From an uncultured Actinomycetes bacterium (GTDB lineage Bacteria > Actinomycetota > Thermoleophilia > Gaiellales > Gaiellaceae), in the NCBI GenBank assembly GCA_963705535.1, contig CAVPJY010000012.1, positions 67,069 to 131,068 of the forward strand: DNA of 64,000 nucleotides, given 5' to 3'. Each line of letters opens with the position of its first letter. Within the stretch, counting starts at the first letter, position 1. Shown piece after piece: positions 63,112-64,000 of the stretch. The notes beneath the pieces were generated by a model. That model was not told the DNA's origin. It made no database searches and saw only the letters and a list, made by a program, of their open reading frames with translations. The translations under genes were made by a program, and so were the position numbers.

Positions 63112-63185
63112 CCCGCCGCCGGCGGCGTCAGCGCAGCCCGGAGGCGGGCTCTGCCCGCCGGGAGGGATGCGCGATCCCAGACGCG

Positions 63186-64000
63186 TCAGGCGCCATGGCA
63201 CTTCTTGAACTTCTTGCCGCTGCCGCACCAGCACGGGTCGTTGCGCCCGATGTCCTTGTGCTCGTTCACCGCAGGCGCCTGCGCGAACGAGCCGGACGGC
63301 GTCGGTGGAGCGGCGAGCGCGGTCGCGGCGCCCACCGGCGCCGGCCGCGGCGATCACGTCGGCTCCAGCCGACGTCTCGTGCTCGTAGTGGAGGGACCCG
63401 CTCGGCGCCTGCATCGGCTCGAGCGCCGGCTCCTCGACCTGCACGGCGACGTGGAAGAGCGTGAAGACGACCTCCTGGCGGATCGTCCCGCCGAGCTCCT
63501 CGAACATGGCGTGCCCCTCGCCGCGGTACTCGACGAGCGGGTCCTTCTGGGCGAACGCGCGGAGGTGGACGCCTTCGCGGAGGTAGTCCATCGTCTCGAG
63601 GTGCTCGCGCCAGCGCTGGTCGACCGTCTGCAGGATCACGTACCGCTCCACCTCGCGCGCGAGCTCCGGGCCGAGGGCCCGCTCCCGGTCCGCGTAGGCC
63701 TCGAGCGCGTCCTCGACGAACTCCTCGACGAGCGCCTCCCGATCCGTGGCGTCGATCTCCTCGCGGAGCTCGTCGACGGTGATGTCCGTCCCGTACAGGG
63801 ACTCCATGCTCGTGACGATGCCCTCGAGGTCCCAGTCCTCGGCGAACTCGGCGTCCGTCAGCTGCCGCACGGCGTCCTCGACGGTCTCCGTGATCCAGCC
63901 CTTGACCTCGTCGGAGAGGTCCTCGCCCTCGAGCACGCGGCGGCGCTGCTCGTAGATGACCATGCGCTGCGTGTTCATGACGTCGTCGTACTTGAGGACG
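63186..64000 (-). CDS. secA: Preprotein translocase SecA, C-terminal part (gene continues beyond the right edge); frame break near 63335
   Basis: [16 protein letters not shown]...[40 protein letters not shown] matches the SecA HWD/IRA1 region. The zinc-finger tail [26 protein letters not shown] with its stop (63186-63188) is in the next frame. Confidence 0.9.

Noticed and set aside
1-64000. rRNA genes, prophage structural genes, toxin-antitoxin pairs, CRISPR-Cas or recognisable multi-gene defence systems
   Set aside because: I read through both strands and found no sequences or motif combinations supporting any of these.

Overview
Very GC-rich bacterial chromosomal segment (about 70% G+C by eye). 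GTG starts and 4-nt start/stop overlaps are common, and gene order looks Actinomycetota-like. Coordinates that I located by hand rather than from the ORF track may be off by 1-2 nt.

Housekeeping anchors:
- yebC-pdxT-pdxS at the left edge.
- A prfB-ftsE-ftsX ... smpB ... ssrA (tmRNA) series, interrupted by insertions.
- The 3' end of secA at the right edge.

Metabolic and envelope blocks:
- A gamma-glutamylation (Puu-like) amine catabolic operon with a divergent APC permease.
- A choline/ethanolamine-kinase-like gene and a dimethylglycine/sarcosine-dehydrogenase-like gene.
- An MFS-methyltransferase-deaminase operon.
- A KhtT/KhtU-like K+/H+ antiporter pair.
- A MoxR-DUF58-VWA-x-VWA (Bat-like) operon.
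- An ABC-2 exporter pair.
- Cell-wall hydrolases.
- An interrupted CopC-CopD fusion.
- A form-II CoxSLM-type molybdoenzyme.
- Two PAP2 phosphatases.

RNA genes: one tRNA(CAT) and the tmRNA.

Most interesting non-coding content:
1. Three tandem units in the 21.0-22.1 kb gap. Each has a palindrome, a consensus-like promoter and a ~110-nt structured RNA. An 8-mer pairing motif recurs through the gap and reappears on the MFS start codon.
2. A dispersed family of multi-hairpin REP-like elements at eight or more intergenic sites.
3. A separate doubled palindrome, GGTGAC-N-GTCACC, at three sites.
4. A decayed 3.6-kb islet inserted in the 3' end of ssrA, flanked by 28-nt direct repeats.

Caveat: at least 12 otherwise well-conserved genes, including prfB and secA, are interrupted by frame changes. 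Each is resolved by skipping exactly one base. This points to insertion-type assembly errors rather than real pseudogenes.
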